A DNA stretch of 64,000 nt from Polyangiaceae bacterium (GTDB lineage: Bacteria > Myxococcota_A > Polyangia > Polyangiales > Polyangiaceae). This document shows positions 61,671 through 64,000 of this stretch, in pieces. The position numbers and the translations under genes were made by a program. The stretch is from positions 512,001 through 576,000 of the forward strand of contig CBDCTZ010000012.1 of NCBI GenBank assembly GCA_965222375.1, read 5' to 3'. How positions within the stretch are numbered: the stretch's first letter is position 1; every line of letters begins with the position of its first letter. Under the pieces are notes generated by a model that was not told the origin of the DNA, searched no databases, and saw nothing but the letters and a program-made list of their open reading frames with translations.

Positions 61671-64000
61671 TGCGTGCATTTCGCGTCCGCCTCACGGCGG
61701 TCGGCGCGCTGGCGGCACTGCTGTCGGTGTCGCAGTTCGCGTCCGCGCTGAGCTCGAGCAAGGCTCGGGGTAGCGCACAATTGTCAGTGCAGGCCGTTGA
61801 GCGCGATCTGCCCAAGGTTCAAAAAGCCGCAAAGCGCGTCCGGCATAAACGTGCGACCCCGGCGCAGCGGGTTGCAGCGGGTGACATCCTGTATCGCAAC
61901 AAGGACTACGCCCGCGCCATCGACACCTTCGCGCAAGTCGTCGAGTTGCATCGCCAAGGCAAGGCGGACGCGAATGCGCACGCCGACGGCGTGTTCTATT
62001 TAGGGGAAAGCTACTTTGCATCAAAGCAGCTGCTCTCGGCCCGTCGACACTATTTGGAGATCTTGGATAAGGGCGGTCAAGCGCCGTACTCCAAGTACGC
62101 AGGGCGCGCGGTCAGCCGCCTAGTCGACGTGAGCCTCAGGACTTCCACGCTCGAGAAGCTCGACCAGGTGTTCGCCAAGCTCAATCAGCTTCCTGGCTCT
62201 GACGCCACGGGTTCGCTTCAGTATGCCCGTGGCAAGCTGCTTTATGCGAAGAAGGAGTACGACGCCGCCAAGAGCGCGGTAGGCGCTGTGCCGGCGGGGT
62301 CGCCCTACAACCACCAGGCCCAGTACCTGCTCGGTGTGGTCATGGTGAAGCAGGCCACTCCGGAACCACCCGCGGAAGGCACGCCGCCTCCGGATCAGCC
62401 TGAAATCGTTCAGCCGGGTATGGTCGCGAAGCCCACGCCCGGATCTCGCGCCCGGTACGCGGCCGCGATTGAGCAGTTCCGGAGGGTCACGCGACTCAAG
62501 GCGGACACGCGCGCTCACCGCCATGTCGTCGATCTGTCCTGGATGGCCATGGGCCGGCTGTTCTACGAATCCGACAATTTCTTGGACGCCGCGGAGGCGT
62601 ACAGCCACGTCGACCGCACCAGCCCGGAGTTCTCGACCATGCTCTACGAGTTGGCATGGGTGTACGTGCGCCTTGGGGACTACCAGCGCGCCCAGCGCGC
62701 ACTGGAAGTGCTCAGCATTACGGATCCCGAGAGTCTGCGATTGGCGGACGGCTCGCTGCTGCGGGCAGATCTCATGCTCCGCAGTGGCCAATTCGACAAG
62801 GCGTTGACGCTTTATCGAACGGTTCGTAGCCGCTTCGACCCGATTCGTGAGCAAGTGGACACGTTTTTGAAGGAAGTTACGGATCCCGCCGTCTATTACG
62901 ATCGATTGGTTGAAACCGAAGGCGTAACGGATGGTTCGGGTGGCACCTTGTCCCCTGTGGTCGTGCAGTGGGCTCGCGAAGAAGCGGAAAACGACCGCGC
63001 CTTCGCCGTTATCGACGATGTGTCCGCCTCTCGTGATCTGATCCGTCGCTCGCGGCGTTTGATCTTGAAGCTGAACGCGGTGCTCGGCGCGCCGACTCGC
63101 TTCCGGGCCTTTCCTGAGCTTCAGGCCTCCATGGAGGCGACCTTGGGACTCATCAATCGCACTGGTCAGGCGCGGATGACCCTGGCTGCCGGAATGGACG
63201 ACGAGGCGGGGAGTGGAAGCGGAGAACTCCGTTCGATTCGCAAACAACGCAGGGCGCTGATGAAGCGAATGGGCTACCTGCCCGTTACGCCGGGCGACTT
63301 CGCCAAACGCGAGGCAGCTGGAGATCGTCAGTGGAACCGGGTGGGGCAGAAGATTCAGCGTCTGGAGTTGGAGTCGGACCGACTCCAAGCGTTGATCAAT
63401 GGGCTGCGCCGCGTGCTCAAGGATGGCGACAGATTCGGCGTCACGAGCGACCAGAACAGCCGCAAGCGTTTCCAGGCCGAGATCGAAGCCAACGAGCGGG
63501 ACTTGGGTCTGTACCGCAAACGCATCAAGCAATACCGGGACGCCGTGGAAATGGGTCGCGTGCAGGTCGGCTTTGGAGATCAACGCTTCGTGGATGACGA
63601 CCGAGTGCGCAGGCGTTTTCGTCAGCTCTTCGCTCGGGAGGTGCAGCTCGTTGCCTCCGGGCAAGACAACTCGGACGCGGCAGCCTACGCGCGCTCGATT
63701 CAGTCGGTTCTCACCCGCGCGGATCGCGTAGAGGACTCCCTCGAAGCCACCAAGTCCCGCTTGGAACGCGAGGCCGAGGAGCGCAGCCGGGGTCTCAAGG
63801 CGGCGGTGGATCGCGAAGTCGCGAACATCGAGAGGTACTCCAGGGACCTAGACGCCCTCGACCAAGAGGCGAGGCTACTTATCGGCGAAGTTGCCATGAA
63901 GAACTTTGGCCTGGTGCGGGACCGACTCAAAAGCGTGGTCCTGCGCTCGGACGTCGGAATCGTTCAGCAGGCGTGGGAGGTGCGCGAGGAGCAGCGCCAT
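61670..64000 (+). CDS. Large secreted TPR/coiled-coil protein, 3' truncated by window edge
   Basis: Manual translation from ATG 61670: MRAFRVRLTAVGALAALLSVSQFASA..., GDILYRNKDYARAIDTF, FYLGESYF, QYLLGV, WMAMGRLFYE, MLYELAWVY. Absent from the ORF track, consistent with a frame open to the window end. Confidence 0.88.
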   Translation, partial: MRAFRVRLTAVGALAALLSVSQFASALSSSKARGSAQLSVQAVERDLPKVQKAAKRVRHKRATPAQRVAAGDILYRNKDYARAIDTFAQVVELHRQGKADANAHADGVFYLGESYFASKQLLSARRHYLEILDKGGQAPYSKYAGRAVSRLVDVSLRTSTLEKLDQVFAKLNQLPGSDATGSLQYARGKLLYAKKEYDAAKSAVGAVPAGSPYNHQAQYLLGVVMVKQATPEPPAEGTPPPDQPEIVQPGMVAKPTPGSRARYAAAIEQFRRVTRLKADTRAHRHVVDLSWMAMGRLFYESDNFLDAAEAYSHVDRTSPEFSTMLYELAWVYVRLGDYQRAQRALEVLSITDPESLRLADGSLLRADLMLRSGQFDKALTLYRTVRSRFDPIREQVDTFLKEVTDPAVYYDRLVETEGVTDGSGGTLSPVVVQWAREEAENDRAFAVIDDVSASRDLIRRSRRLILKLNAVLGAPTRFRAFPELQASMEATLGLINRTGQARMTLAAGMDDEAGSGSGELRSIRKQRRALMKRMGYLPVTPGDFAKREAAGDRQWNRVGQKIQRLELESDRLQALINGLRRVLKDGDRFGVTSDQNSRKRFQAEIEANERDLGLYRKRIKQYRDAVEMGRVQVGFGDQRFVDDDRVRRRFRQLFAREVQLVASGQDNSDAAAYARSIQSVLTRADRVEDSLEATKSRLEREAEERSRGLKAAVDREVANIERYSRDLDALDQEARLLIGEVAMKNFGLVRDRLKSVVLRSDVGIVQQAWEVREEQRH

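Noticed and set aside
62120..63664. 514-aa minus-strand ORF
   Set aside because: Antisense to the large plus-strand TPR gene that the track missed because it runs off the window.
1..64000. tRNA, rRNA, prophage, integron or defence island
   Set aside because: None recognised by eye; intergenic gaps are short and no integrase or phage genes are present. A covariance-model scan would be needed to exclude small RNAs.

Overview
A 64 kb gene-dense, high-GC (judged by eye) chromosomal segment of a myxobacterium, most likely Polyangia/Sorangiineae-like. That assignment is inferred from the eukaryote-like Ser/Thr kinases, TPR/PEGA proteins, Cys-rich lipoproteins, a TIGR02266-type PilZ protein and a minor-pilin cluster. 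About 60 CDS can be called. Housekeeping genes include gcvT-gcvH-gcvPA, scpA-scpB, era-der, larB-larC, a PmbA/TldE protein, a threonine aldolase, a TrmJ-like methyltransferase, an acyl-CoA dehydrogenase and two parvulins. Other loci are a type IVa minor pilin/PilY1 operon with a sigma54-like promoter, three membrane Ser/Thr kinases, an FHA-PP2C pair, an ECF sigma/ZAS anti-sigma pair, and a complete IS4-family (IS50-like) element with terminal inverted repeats and a 10-bp target duplication. No rRNA, tRNA or CRISPR array was recognised. The best candidates for undescribed biology are: (i) a kinase / TPR-PEGA / Cys-repeat lipoprotein module that looks like a trans-envelope signalling system, (ii) an orphan SctT/FliR export-gate gene, (iii) a PHM-like copper monooxygenase lipoprotein next to a Tat-type triple-HxH lipoprotein, and (iv) a divergent ECF locus with a mirrored promoter-like motif. 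All product calls come from manual motif recognition, not database searches. Many start codons were adjusted by hand from the ORF track.
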